This document shows, piece after piece, positions 43,664 to 52,811 of a DNA stretch of 64,000 nucleotides. This DNA comes from a virus (taxonomy: Duplodnaviria; Caudoviricetes). The translations under genes were made by a program, and so were the position numbers. The stretch lies in IMG/VR virus record IMGVR_UViG_3300028025_000089; one strand, given 5' to 3'. The notes beneath the pieces are model-generated. The model searched no databases. It was not told the origin of the DNA and saw only the letters and a list, made by a program, of their open reading frames with translations. How positions within the stretch are numbered: the first letter of the stretch is position 1; every line of letters starts with the position of its first letter.

Positions 43664-44084
43664 ATAAAGATTTGAGAATATTAAACTTTGTCATTTTTTT
43701 AACGGTGGTCATTTGTTCTGTATTCCAATACCACAAAACATTATCACCATCATTTCCAATATTAACAATTAAACCGTAATCAAATCCTTCTTCTAATATT
43801 TTTACTACAAAAAGTCCATCACCAGCACGAACTACGTCAACAGGTAAAACACTTAAAAATTCTCCATCAACAAAGTAAGAAGATGTGTTTTCATTTAAAT
43901 CAATGACATATGTTGTTTTTGTGACCTCAAGATCATTAACCACATCAGGATTCATAATTACAGAATCCAAAGTTGTGTTTCTATAAGAAACAAGTTCCTG
44001 TCTTTCAAAAATTTCAATTACTATTTTTTGACTAAAACTCAAAAAACTTAAAAAAAGAACCAAAGATAAAAGAAGTGTTTTCAT
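43662..44084 (-). CDS. Secreted protein
   Basis: Signal peptide ending SFS-Q; host-type promoter. Confidence 0.8.
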   Translation of the reverse strand: MKTLLLSLVLFLSFLSFSQKIVIEIFERQELVSYRNTTLDSVIMNPDVVNDLEVTKTTYVIDLNENTSSYFVDGEFLSVLPVDVVRAGDGLFVVKILEEGFDYGLIVNIGNDGDNVLWYWNTEQMTTVKKMTKFNILKSL

Positions 44085-44141
44085 TACTTGTATGTTTATT
44101 TATTTCTACAAATATACACGACAAAATTTAATTTATCAAAT

Positions 44142-46181
44142 TTATTCTTTCTTTTTTCTTGTTCTTTTAACTTTTTCTTCTTTATTAGAAATTATAACAT
44201 CATCATTTTCGACTTTCAAAATATATTCTTTGTTTTCTTCAATTTCCATCATTAAGATTTTTTCGGAAATTAAATCTTCAATTTTATTTTGAATTGCTCT
44301 TTTGATAGGTCTTGCACCAAAAGTTTCGTCAAAACCAACTTTAGATAGATAATCAACCAAATCTTGTTCATAAGAAAAATAGTATTTTTTCTCTGAAACT
44401 CTTTTTAATAATTTGTCAATCTCTAACTTGGTAATAACGTCAATGTGTGGTTTTTCTAAAGAGTTAAAAATTACAACATCATCAATTCTATTTAAAAACT
44501 CAGGTGAGAAAAACTTTTTCATTTCTTTCTTCAATACATCTTGTTTTTCTTCTTCTTTAACAACATCACTTTTTTGAGGTTGGAATCCCATACCAGTTCC
44601 AAAGTCTTGTAATTTTTTAACTCCAATGTTGGAAGTCATAATAATCAAACAATTTTTGAAGTTAATTTTACGACCTAATGAATCTGTAATGTGGCCATCA
44701 TCTAACAACTGAAGAAGTGTTGAGAAAATGTCTTTGTGAGCTTTCTCGATCTCATCAAACAATACAACAGAATAAGGTTTGTTTTTAACTTGTTCAGTTA
44801 ATTGACCACCTTCATCATGACCAACATATCCTGGAGGTGATCCAATCAAACGAGAAATGGTATGTTTCTCTTGATATTCACTCATATCTACACGAATCAT
44901 ATTGTCTTCACTACCAAAGATTTCTTTCGCCAATTGTTTTGCCAAATACGTTTTACCAACACCCGTAGATCCCAAGAAAATAAATGAACCGATTGGTTTA
45001 TTTGGATCTTTGATTCCAATTCTATTTCTTCTAATTGCTTTTGAAATTTTATTCACCGCTTCTTCTTGACCAATAACCTTTGAATTTAAACTTTCATTTA
45101 AATTAATTAATGAATTTCTTTCGTCCAAATTAATATTGGAAATTGGAATTTTGGTCATGTTGGAAACCACCTCATAAATTAAATCTTCAGGAATACTTCT
45201 TTTACTATTCAATAAACTTTCTTCGAATTTCTTTTTTTCTAAATCCAACTTTGATAAAACATTACGTTCTCTATCTCTTAACTCGGCAGCCAACTCATAT
45301 TTTTGTTGTTTAATAACATTCATTTTTTCTTGTTTGATGGCGTTTGCTTCGTCCTTTAATTTTTCGATTTCTTCAGGTAATTTGATGTCAATTTGCATTC
45401 TTGATCCAACCTCATCCAAAATATCAAATGCTTTATCAGGAAACTCACGATCTGTAATATATCGATCAGCCAACTCAACAAATGTCCAAAGAGTTTTATC
45501 ATCATAAGTCACTTTGTGGTGATCTTCATATTTTGATTTACTCATCTTTAAAATTTCAAATGTTTCTTCTTTTGAAGATGGATCAACAATAACCTTTTGA
45601 AATCTTCGATCTAACGCACCGTCTTTTTCAAAGTGTTTTCTATATTCATCCAAAGTTGTTGCTCCAACACATTGAATATCTCCTCTTGATAAAGCTGGTT
45701 TTAAAATGTTTGACGCATCTAAAGAACCTGAACTATTTCCTGCACCAACCATAGTGTGAATTTCATCAATAAATAAAATGATGTTTGGGGTTGCTTGTAA
45801 CTCTTCGATAATAACTTTCATTCGTTCTTCGAATTGACCTCTATATTTTGTTCCTGCGACTAATGAATTTAAATCTAAAGATACAATTCTTTTATCCATT
45901 AAATTTTTTGGACATTCACCGTTGTGAATCATCATTGCAAGACCCTCCACAATTGCTGTCTTTCCTGCACCTGGTTCACCAATAATAATTGGGTTATTTT
46001 TCTTTCTTCGAGATAAAATCTGAGCGATTCTAAAAATTTCTTTTTGTCTTCCAATTACAGGATCTAATTTCCCGTCTTGTGCTAACTTATTTAAGTCTTT
46101 ACTAAAATTATCTAATACAGGAGTCCCGCTATCAGATTTCTTTTTTGATTTGTCATTTCCTTCGTCCATAAATTCTAACAT
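44142..46181 (-). CDS. clpC: ClpC-type AAA+ ATPase lacking the N-terminal domain
   Basis: GEPGAGKT, LFIDEIH, UVR middle domain, GSTGVGKT, LFDEIEK, GMGF loop, GARP. Confidence 0.93.
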   Translation of the reverse strand: MLEFMDEGNDKSKKKSDSGTPVLDNFSKDLNKLAQDGKLDPVIGRQKEIFRIAQILSRRKKNNPIIIGEPGAGKTAIVEGLAMMIHNGECPKNLMDKRIVSLDLNSLVAGTKYRGQFEERMKVIIEELQATPNIILFIDEIHTMVGAGNSSGSLDASNILKPALSRGDIQCVGATTLDEYRKHFEKDGALDRRFQKVIVDPSSKEETFEILKMSKSKYEDHHKVTYDDKTLWTFVELADRYITDREFPDKAFDILDEVGSRMQIDIKLPEEIEKLKDEANAIKQEKMNVIKQQKYELAAELRDRERNVLSKLDLEKKKFEESLLNSKRSIPEDLIYEVVSNMTKIPISNINLDERNSLINLNESLNSKVIGQEEAVNKISKAIRRNRIGIKDPNKPIGSFIFLGSTGVGKTYLAKQLAKEIFGSEDNMIRVDMSEYQEKHTISRLIGSPPGYVGHDEGGQLTEQVKNKPYSVVLFDEIEKAHKDIFSTLLQLLDDGHITDSLGRKINFKNCLIIMTSNIGVKKLQDFGTGMGFQPQKSDVVKEEEKQDVLKKEMKKFFSPEFLNRIDDVVIFNSLEKPHIDVITKLEIDKLLKRVSEKKYYFSYEQDLVDYLSKVGFDETFGARPIKRAIQNKIEDLISEKILMMEIEENKEYILKVENDDVIISNKEEKVKRTRKKKE

Positions 46182-46350
46182 AACTTTTTTTGATAAATAA
46201 TAATATTAATAAAATAAAAAGTCCAATATTGTCTTTATGTCAGTTTGATTTATAAAAAATTTGTGTTTTACTGACAATTTGTCATATAATATTAATTGGT
46301 ATAATTTTTCATATAAGAAAAACCAAAATAAACCTATAAAATAATAAAAA

Positions 46351-46713
46351 ATGTTTAATTGGAACGAATTTGATAAATTATTTAATGAATTTTTTTCTTC
46401 ATCATTTGATGATAAAAACTGGACTAAAAATACTTATAGGTCACCAGATGGTTTGTATTCTATGTCTTATATGACAAGAAATTTTAATAACTCAAATCCG
46501 TCAGATGAATTATATGTATTGAAAGAAAAATTAAACTTGGCAATTAAAGAAGAAAATTTTGAGGAAGCTGTAAATTTAAGAGATGAAATTAAAAAGTTAG
46601 AAAAGAACAAAGAAGAGTTATCAAAGTTAAAAATTAAGTTGGACGAATGTATTCGAAACCAAGACTTTGAAAAGGCGATAGAATATCGAGACAAAATAAA
46701 ATCTCTTAAATAA
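46351..46713 (+). CDS. Protein with two UVR (UvrB/UvrC) motifs, McsA-like adaptor candidate
   Basis: LNLAIKEENFEEAVNLRDEIK; CIRNQDFEKAIEYRDKI. Confidence 0.8.
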   Translation: MFNWNEFDKLFNEFFSSSFDDKNWTKNTYRSPDGLYSMSYMTRNFNNSNPSDELYVLKEKLNLAIKEENFEEAVNLRDEIKKLEKNKEELSKLKIKLDECIRNQDFEKAIEYRDKIKSLK

Positions 46714-46714
46714 C

Positions 46715-46744
46715 AAAATCCACCTTTATGGTGGATTTTTTTTT
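46715..46744 (+). terminator. Intrinsic terminator
   Basis: AAAATCCACC/GGTGGATTTT. Confidence 0.85.
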
Positions 46745-46774
46745 AACCATATTTATTTTTAAATAAAAAAGATT

Positions 46775-47017
46775 ATGGCAATAACAAGTGAAATAATTAG
46801 CGGAACTACAATTTTAAACGAAGTTCAATCATCAAATATTGTGAGAACACAATACGATACATTAACCAAAAAAATGATCGCAGAGTTTAAGAATGGGGTA
46901 AAATATGAATATAGTGATGTCCCACATCAAATTTACACTCAATTTAGAATGGCGGAATCACAAGGGAATTTTTTCAACAAAAACATTTCTAAAGCCCACA
47001 CATATAAGAAACTATAA
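46775..47017 (+). CDS. KTSC-domain protein
   Basis: VQSSNI..YD..EFKNG..YEY.DVP..AESQG.FFNKNI. Confidence 0.9.
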   Translation: MAITSEIISGTTILNEVQSSNIVRTQYDTLTKKMIAEFKNGVKYEYSDVPHQIYTQFRMAESQGNFFNKNISKAHTYKKL

Positions 47018-47036
47018 TTAGAAAGTATTTATCTAT

Positions 47037-47801
47037 ATGGATACTTCAGATATTTTAAAAAGTTTCGAATCTCAAGATGAACTAAACCCAAAGATTTGGT
47101 ATCTACCAAATGAAAAATACATGGGTGATCCTGAAGGTCAAAAAATGAAAATGAGACCTGAAGTTAGAGAAAAACTTTTGGAAACAGCAAATATCTTCAT
47201 TGACTTTTTAGGTGTTGACGTAATAGTCACAGATATTATTATGATCGGTTCTTTAGTTAATTATAACTGGTCAAAATTTTCTGATATTGATTTACACATC
47301 GTGGTTAACTTTAATCAATTCCCTGAAAATAGTAGGGATTTATACCTTGAATTTTTTGATTTGAAAAAAGTAATCTTTAATCAAAGACACAATATTAAAA
47401 TGTTTGGGTATGATGTTGAATGTTTTGTCCAAAGAGAAGACGAGACAACTTTTAGTAGTGGTATTTATTCTATTCTTTATGATATGTGGATGAATGAACC
47501 TAAAAAAACAAGTAAAGAAACTCTTGATAAAGAACTAATAAAAGAAAGGGCTAAACAATGGATGAGAATTATTGATGGTGTTGTTGATAACATCGAAGAT
47601 GAGGATCCTGAAGAAATTAAAAGTATTGTAAAAAAATACAAAGAAAAATTAAAAAACTTCAGAAACTGTGGTTTAGAGAAAGGTGGTGAAATGTCGATAG
47701 AAAATTTGGTATTCAAATTACTAAGAAGAAACGGATATGTTGAAAAATTGTATGAATTACCGACCGAAATTATCGATAAAAAACTATCCATGAAACAATA
47801 A
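47037..47801 (+). CDS. Pol-beta superfamily nucleotidyltransferase
   Basis: hhGS..NYN..SDIDLH catalytic motif, third acid in YDVE. Confidence 0.8.
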   Translation: MDTSDILKSFESQDELNPKIWYLPNEKYMGDPEGQKMKMRPEVREKLLETANIFIDFLGVDVIVTDIIMIGSLVNYNWSKFSDIDLHIVVNFNQFPENSRDLYLEFFDLKKVIFNQRHNIKMFGYDVECFVQREDETTFSSGIYSILYDMWMNEPKKTSKETLDKELIKERAKQWMRIIDGVVDNIEDEDPEEIKSIVKKYKEKLKNFRNCGLEKGGEMSIENLVFKLLRRNGYVEKLYELPTEIIDKKLSMKQ

Positions 47802-47877
47802 AAAAACATTAATTGAAATAATTATATTTATCGGTATATTTATTAAGAAAAAATAACTCACATTAAATAAATAAAAT

Positions 47878-49326
47878 ATGGCAGGATTTAGACCTATCGG
47901 AAGTGAGAAACTTCAAGGAATGGATAAAATTAGACGAATAATGGAAATTGCTCGTTATAATGAAAATATTCCACAAAACGTTAATGAAACACAATCAAGC
48001 GAATATAAAATTGGTTTGGCCGATGGTAATACCTATGAAATCGTTAAAGAAAGACAAGGTTATATTGTTAAAAAAACACTTAACGAATCTGAAACGGAGT
48101 ATATCGAGCCGATGAAACAAAGAAAATATTATTCTTCATATTCTCAGGCATTAAAAAGATTGAATTTGATGACAAAAGAAATCAACACTCTTTTTGAAAA
48201 TGAGGAAGGAACTCCACTTTTAGGGGAGCAAAAAAAAAAGTTCATACTAAAAAGTAAGAAACCTAAAACTGAAGAACCTGCGGCGGCAACACCTGAACCG
48301 GCACCAGCACCCGCACCTGAACCAGCACCCGCACCTGAACCAGCACCCGCAGAAGCACCTATGCCTGATATGGGTGAAACACCGGCTCCTGATATGGGAG
48401 GTGCTCCTATAGAAGAACCACCAATGCCAGAAATGGGTGGTGGTGCTATGGAAGAACCACCAATGCCGGATATGGGGGGTGAAGAAGAAATGCCACCAAT
48501 GCCAGAAATGGGATCTGAAGAGGAAGAAGTTGACATTGATGTAGAAAAAAAACCAAAAGAAAAGAAAGTTTCGGATTTAAAAAGAATTCAAATTCTTACT
48601 GGAAAATTAGCTCAAAAAATTAGATCTTACGAAGAAGAAAAAGAATTAGATCCAAAAGATATTAAATACATTATTAACTCTATTTTATCGGCAATTGATG
48701 TTGATGTTTTAGATGAAGATGATATCGAACAAATTATCAATAAATTAGAAGGTGTTGAAGACGAAGAAGGTGGTAGTGAAGAAGAGGAAGTGTCTTTTGA
48801 AGAAAAATCTGACGAAGATGAAGTTGCTCCTGAACCACCACAAGAACCTGAAATGGCCGAAGGATATGATGATTTTAGCACCGCATTCAAAGACTATATG
48901 GGAGGTGCTTTGGCATCAGGTATGTCAAAAAAATTAAGACATGAAGAAGAAGATTTTGATATGGATGATGAATACCATAGAGAAAGAAGAAAAGGTAGAA
49001 AACACTATCCTAATGTTGATAGATTTGAACATGGAACTTTTAGTGAATCGGCGGTAGATAGAGTATTATCAAAATATTTTATAAACGAAGAAACTCAAAT
49101 TAACAGATACGAAGAATCTAAAACAAAAAAAACCAACTTAAATTACAATCAAAATAAACAAAATGTTATTAGATTGTCTGAATCATCAAATCAATTGGAT
49201 GTGGCTTTAGAATATATTAAAGAAAACCCAAGAACAAAATTAATGGGTTTATCAACAAGAGGAAATTTAATTTTTAAAGAAGGTATTAACGAAACTAAAA
49301 TTACTAAAAGTGGTGAGATCATATGA
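47878..49326 (+). CDS. Pro/Glu-rich hypothetical protein, head-module associated
   Basis: 482 aa with PEPAPA and PPMP repeats. Confidence 0.85.
   Translation: MAGFRPIGSEKLQGMDKIRRIMEIARYNENIPQNVNETQSSEYKIGLADGNTYEIVKERQGYIVKKTLNESETEYIEPMKQRKYYSSYSQALKRLNLMTKEINTLFENEEGTPLLGEQKKKFILKSKKPKTEEPAAATPEPAPAPAPEPAPAPEPAPAEAPMPDMGETPAPDMGGAPIEEPPMPEMGGGAMEEPPMPDMGGEEEMPPMPEMGSEEEEVDIDVEKKPKEKKVSDLKRIQILTGKLAQKIRSYEEEKELDPKDIKYIINSILSAIDVDVLDEDDIEQIINKLEGVEDEEGGSEEEEVSFEEKSDEDEVAPEPPQEPEMAEGYDDFSTAFKDYMGGALASGMSKKLRHEEEDFDMDDEYHRERRKGRKHYPNVDRFEHGTFSESAVDRVLSKYFINEETQINRYEESKTKKTNLNYNQNKQNVIRLSESSNQLDVALEYIKENPRTKLMGLSTRGNLIFKEGINETKITKSGEII
48289..48350 (+). repeat. 18-nt tandem repeat (PEPAPA)
   Basis: CCTGAACCAGCACCCGCA repeated. 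Confidence 0.85.
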
Positions 49327-49730
49327 ATCGATTGATTTATATTAACGGATTGGGACCTAACTATAAAGGTGATAACATTTATGAATTTATTTTTTCAGAT
49401 ACTTTAGAAGTATTTGGTGAAAATTGGGAATCAAAACCAGCCAATGGTTATCCATCGCCACCTGATTTAGAATATATTAAAAAGGTGGGAACATTAATTA
49501 ACGAAGAGGTGAGTTTTGACTTGGTTCAAAATTCAGATGTGTTTTCTTTAATTGATTCTATGGATGGAGTTATTGCGATGGGTTGGGAGGTTGAAACCGA
49601 TAACATTGATTTCTCGTTAGTAAAACGTTTAGTTTTTCATTTTGGGGAATCTGAAGAAGAAGTAAAAAACAAACTATATGAAAGAGATATAGTATTAGAA
49701 TTTGAAAAAAAAGTAGTTTATGAAAACTAA
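49323..49730 (+). CDS. Hypothetical protein
   Basis: ORF track, coupled. Confidence 0.85.
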   Translation: MNRLIYINGLGPNYKGDNIYEFIFSDTLEVFGENWESKPANGYPSPPDLEYIKKVGTLINEEVSFDLVQNSDVFSLIDSMDGVIAMGWEVETDNIDFSLVKRLVFHFGESEEEVKNKLYERDIVLEFEKKVVYEN

Positions 49731-50574
49731 AAAAAATATTTTATTTTTAATTGAGAATGGTTTGTCTTCAAATACAATTAGTTCATTGTCCAACAATCAA
49801 TTTAGACTATTAGTCGAAAAATTTAAAAAATATAAAAAAGAAGAATCAAAGGAGGAGTGGCAAAAAAATGTAAGCCAAGAAGTTACATACACCGCACCAG
49901 TTTCAGATGCTGCAAAAGGTTTGGCGGTTCCTCCCTCAACAGATCCTAAAAAAAGAACTATGGTTTCTATTGAAGGTGGTAATTTAAAAGTGACACAGGC
50001 AGAAAGTGAAATGACTGAAGATGCTGATGTTGACACTTTGTTAAACCCTGATGAATTTGGTGGTAATGAACCTGTGAATTATAAAAACCCTGAAGATTAT
50101 GGAACCGATAATAGTGTTGATCCGGATGGGTCTTTAGATGGTATGCCACAAACGGAAGGTGAAATTAAAGAAAAATTCGAATCTAAAGCACAACAAGGTT
50201 TATTTTGGGCTCGTTGTAATAAGTGTTCTTCTAAAAACTGTAAATGGTGTAAAATGGCAAAAGAGTTTTCAGACTCTACATCAGAAAAACAATACAAAAA
50301 AATGCCAGAAAAAAAACACCCCGAAAAAACTGTGAAATACAAAAAAAAGGAAACTAAAGAAAATTTACAAAAATTTTTAGAAGAAAAAATTTCCCAAATT
50401 GTAGATGAAAACATAGACGCAAAAATGTCAAAAAAAGATTTAATCGAAACATTAAAGAAAAAATCTAAGTCTATGATAATTCGTAGACCAAAAAAAATGA
50501 CTATGTTTTCAGATGAGGCTCCTATGGAATTACCAATCGGAAAATTATATTCAATAGGGAAAACATCAAAATAA
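49720..50574 (+). CDS. Hypothetical protein with CxxC..CxxC, directly upstream of terL
   Basis: FESKAQQ..CNKCSSKNCKWC. Confidence 0.85.
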   Translation: MKTKKNILFLIENGLSSNTISSLSNNQFRLLVEKFKKYKKEESKEEWQKNVSQEVTYTAPVSDAAKGLAVPPSTDPKKRTMVSIEGGNLKVTQAESEMTEDADVDTLLNPDEFGGNEPVNYKNPEDYGTDNSVDPDGSLDGMPQTEGEIKEKFESKAQQGLFWARCNKCSSKNCKWCKMAKEFSDSTSEKQYKKMPEKKHPEKTVKYKKKETKENLQKFLEEKISQIVDENIDAKMSKKDLIETLKKKSKSMIIRRPKKMTMFSDEAPMELPIGKLYSIGKTSK

Positions 50575-50606
50575 TAATAAAAAACCCAAATTGATATTTA
50601 TAATAA

Positions 50607-52385
50607 ATGGGTTTATCTAAAGAACAAGTTTTAATTGAATATGCTAAGTGTATGAGTGATACTCCATACGCACTTAGAACGTATTTACAAACATACGATA
50701 ATACGGTGTCTAAATACGTGCCGTTAGAATTGTTTCCTGATCAAATTTCTCTTTTAAAAGATTATGAAGATTACGAAGAAAATATCGCATTAAAATATAG
50801 ACAGGCTGGAGTTTCTACCGTAACAGCGGCTTGGATTTCAAAAAGATTAGTTTTTGCTAAAAAAACTCAACCTGAAAAAATTCTAATAATTGCCAACAAA
50901 CTTGATACATCAATGGAGATGGCAAATAAGATTAGAGCCTTTGTTGATCAATGGCCTGGTTGGGTTGGTGCTGGATTTGCAGCAGAAAAAAACTCACAGA
51001 GACACTACAAATTAAATAATGGATCTGAGGTTAAGGCGGTTGCAACATCAAAAGATGCACTTCGTGGATTTACCCCCACGATTCTTGTATTTGATGAGGC
51101 GGCGTTTATCGAGGCCGATAGTGATTTCTGGGCTGCTTGTATGGCGTCCTTATCCACAGGGGGTAAGGTAATTGTAGTTTCTACACCAAACGGATACGAT
51201 CCAATTTATTATGAAATATACGATCAGTCATTAAAAGGGATGAATAACTTTAAAATCTCTGAAATGTATTGGTATAGAGATCCAAGATACGCAAAAGATC
51301 TTTATTTAGTCCCAACTGACGATTTAATTCATTATTTACTTAATATTGATGATTTTGACACTTCAAAAAATATATCTTTCGCACATGTAGATCCATATAG
51401 TAGAGATTATCAAGAGTTACAACATTTCTTTAATCAGGGATACAAACCATGCTCATCTTGGTATGAAAAAATGGTTAAAAAACTTAAATATGATAAAAGA
51501 AAAATTAACCAAGAGTTAAATTGTGAATTTTTAGGTTCAGGTGACAACGTATTTGATAATAAACAATTAGAAGATATTAAAAATAATTCATTACAAGATC
51601 CTCCATCTAAATTAATGGGTAACTCTCTTTGGATATGGAAAGAACCTATTGAGGGTCATAAATACATTATGGGTGTCGATGTATCAAGAGGAGATAGTGA
51701 AGACTTTTCATCGATTCAGATTATCGATTTTGATGAAAGAGAACAAGTGTTAGAATATGTTGGAAAAATACCACCCGATACTTTGGCGGAAGTTGCTTAT
51801 AAGTGGGGAATGATGTATAATGCATTTGTTGTTGTCGATATCACCGGTGGTATGGGAATTACTACGGTTAGAAAAATGCAAGAACTTGGTTATAAAAGTT
51901 TATATGTTGATGGTGTTGACGCATTTAATCCGTGGTCAACAAACAAAGGATCGGTTGAAAAAATACCAGGATTAAACTTTAATAATAAAAGAGTTCAAAT
52001 TATTGCGGCATTTGAGGAGGCCGTTAGACATAAATTTAAATTAAAAAGTGTTCGTTTATATAACGAAATGAATACTTTTGTATATATTAATGGAAGACCT
52101 GATCATCAAAAAGGACAACATGACGATTTGATTATGGGAATTTCTATGGCAATCTATATTGCCGAAGCATCTTTTTCAAAGTTGGAAAAAGCAACCGAAC
52201 AAGCGAAATCTATGATTGACTCTTGGGCTGTAGTTAATAACGAATCTGTGGGAAAAGAAGCACACTTTAATCCTACAATCCCTAATGATAATATGTTAAG
52301 GGAAAGGGCAGGATTACAAAATAACGGTCCAACCAGAAATGATTATCAAACATATGGTTGGTTATTTGGAGGATTAATCAAATAA
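50607..52385 (+). CDS. terL: Terminase large subunit
   Basis: KYRQAGVST, FDEAAF, VSTPNG, YIMGVDVSRG, HDDL. Confidence 0.95.
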   Translation: MGLSKEQVLIEYAKCMSDTPYALRTYLQTYDNTVSKYVPLELFPDQISLLKDYEDYEENIALKYRQAGVSTVTAAWISKRLVFAKKTQPEKILIIANKLDTSMEMANKIRAFVDQWPGWVGAGFAAEKNSQRHYKLNNGSEVKAVATSKDALRGFTPTILVFDEAAFIEADSDFWAACMASLSTGGKVIVVSTPNGYDPIYYEIYDQSLKGMNNFKISEMYWYRDPRYAKDLYLVPTDDLIHYLLNIDDFDTSKNISFAHVDPYSRDYQELQHFFNQGYKPCSSWYEKMVKKLKYDKRKINQELNCEFLGSGDNVFDNKQLEDIKNNSLQDPPSKLMGNSLWIWKEPIEGHKYIMGVDVSRGDSEDFSSIQIIDFDEREQVLEYVGKIPPDTLAEVAYKWGMMYNAFVVVDITGGMGITTVRKMQELGYKSLYVDGVDAFNPWSTNKGSVEKIPGLNFNNKRVQIIAAFEEAVRHKFKLKSVRLYNEMNTFVYINGRPDHQKGQHDDLIMGISMAIYIAEASFSKLEKATEQAKSMIDSWAVVNNESVGKEAHFNPTIPNDNMLRERAGLQNNGPTRNDYQTYGWLFGGLIK

Positions 52386-52387
52386 CG

Positions 52388-52759
52388 ATGGGTTTAGATT
52401 TTAGAAAAAGGTCAGGAAGAATTGCAAATGGTTCGAGATTAATTGTCGAAGGTCAACAAACTATTGGTCAAAAAGTTTTTCCAAATACCTTTTCTATGAA
52501 AAGTAGACCTGCAGAGCCTACTATTGATTCAATTCCCGCATCACCAACCCCAACTCCAAGTGTAACCCCAACAATAACACCATCAGTAACACCAACAGTA
52601 ACACCAACAATAACACCAACAATAACACCAACCAATACTGGAACCCCAACTCCTACACCTACACCAAGTTCTACATCTACACCGGAGTTATTAGATGCAA
52701 TTATTGTAGGTGTCAATACCTACATATCTGTTAATACAAATGAATACTTAATGTATTAG
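52388..52759 (+). CDS. Protein with long Pro/Thr-rich tract
   Basis: ATG 52388; TPTPSVTPTITP repeats. Confidence 0.7.
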   Translation: MGLDFRKRSGRIANGSRLIVEGQQTIGQKVFPNTFSMKSRPAEPTIDSIPASPTPTPSVTPTITPSVTPTVTPTITPTITPTNTGTPTPTPTPSSTSTPELLDAIIVGVNTYISVNTNEYLMY

Positions 52760-52811
52760 TTGTGCCATAATTAACTATTGAAATATTTATTTCTATAGTT
52801 AAATTATTAAT

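Noticed and set aside
49720-50574. Terminase small subunit call
   Set aside because: Position only; no recognisable TerS motif
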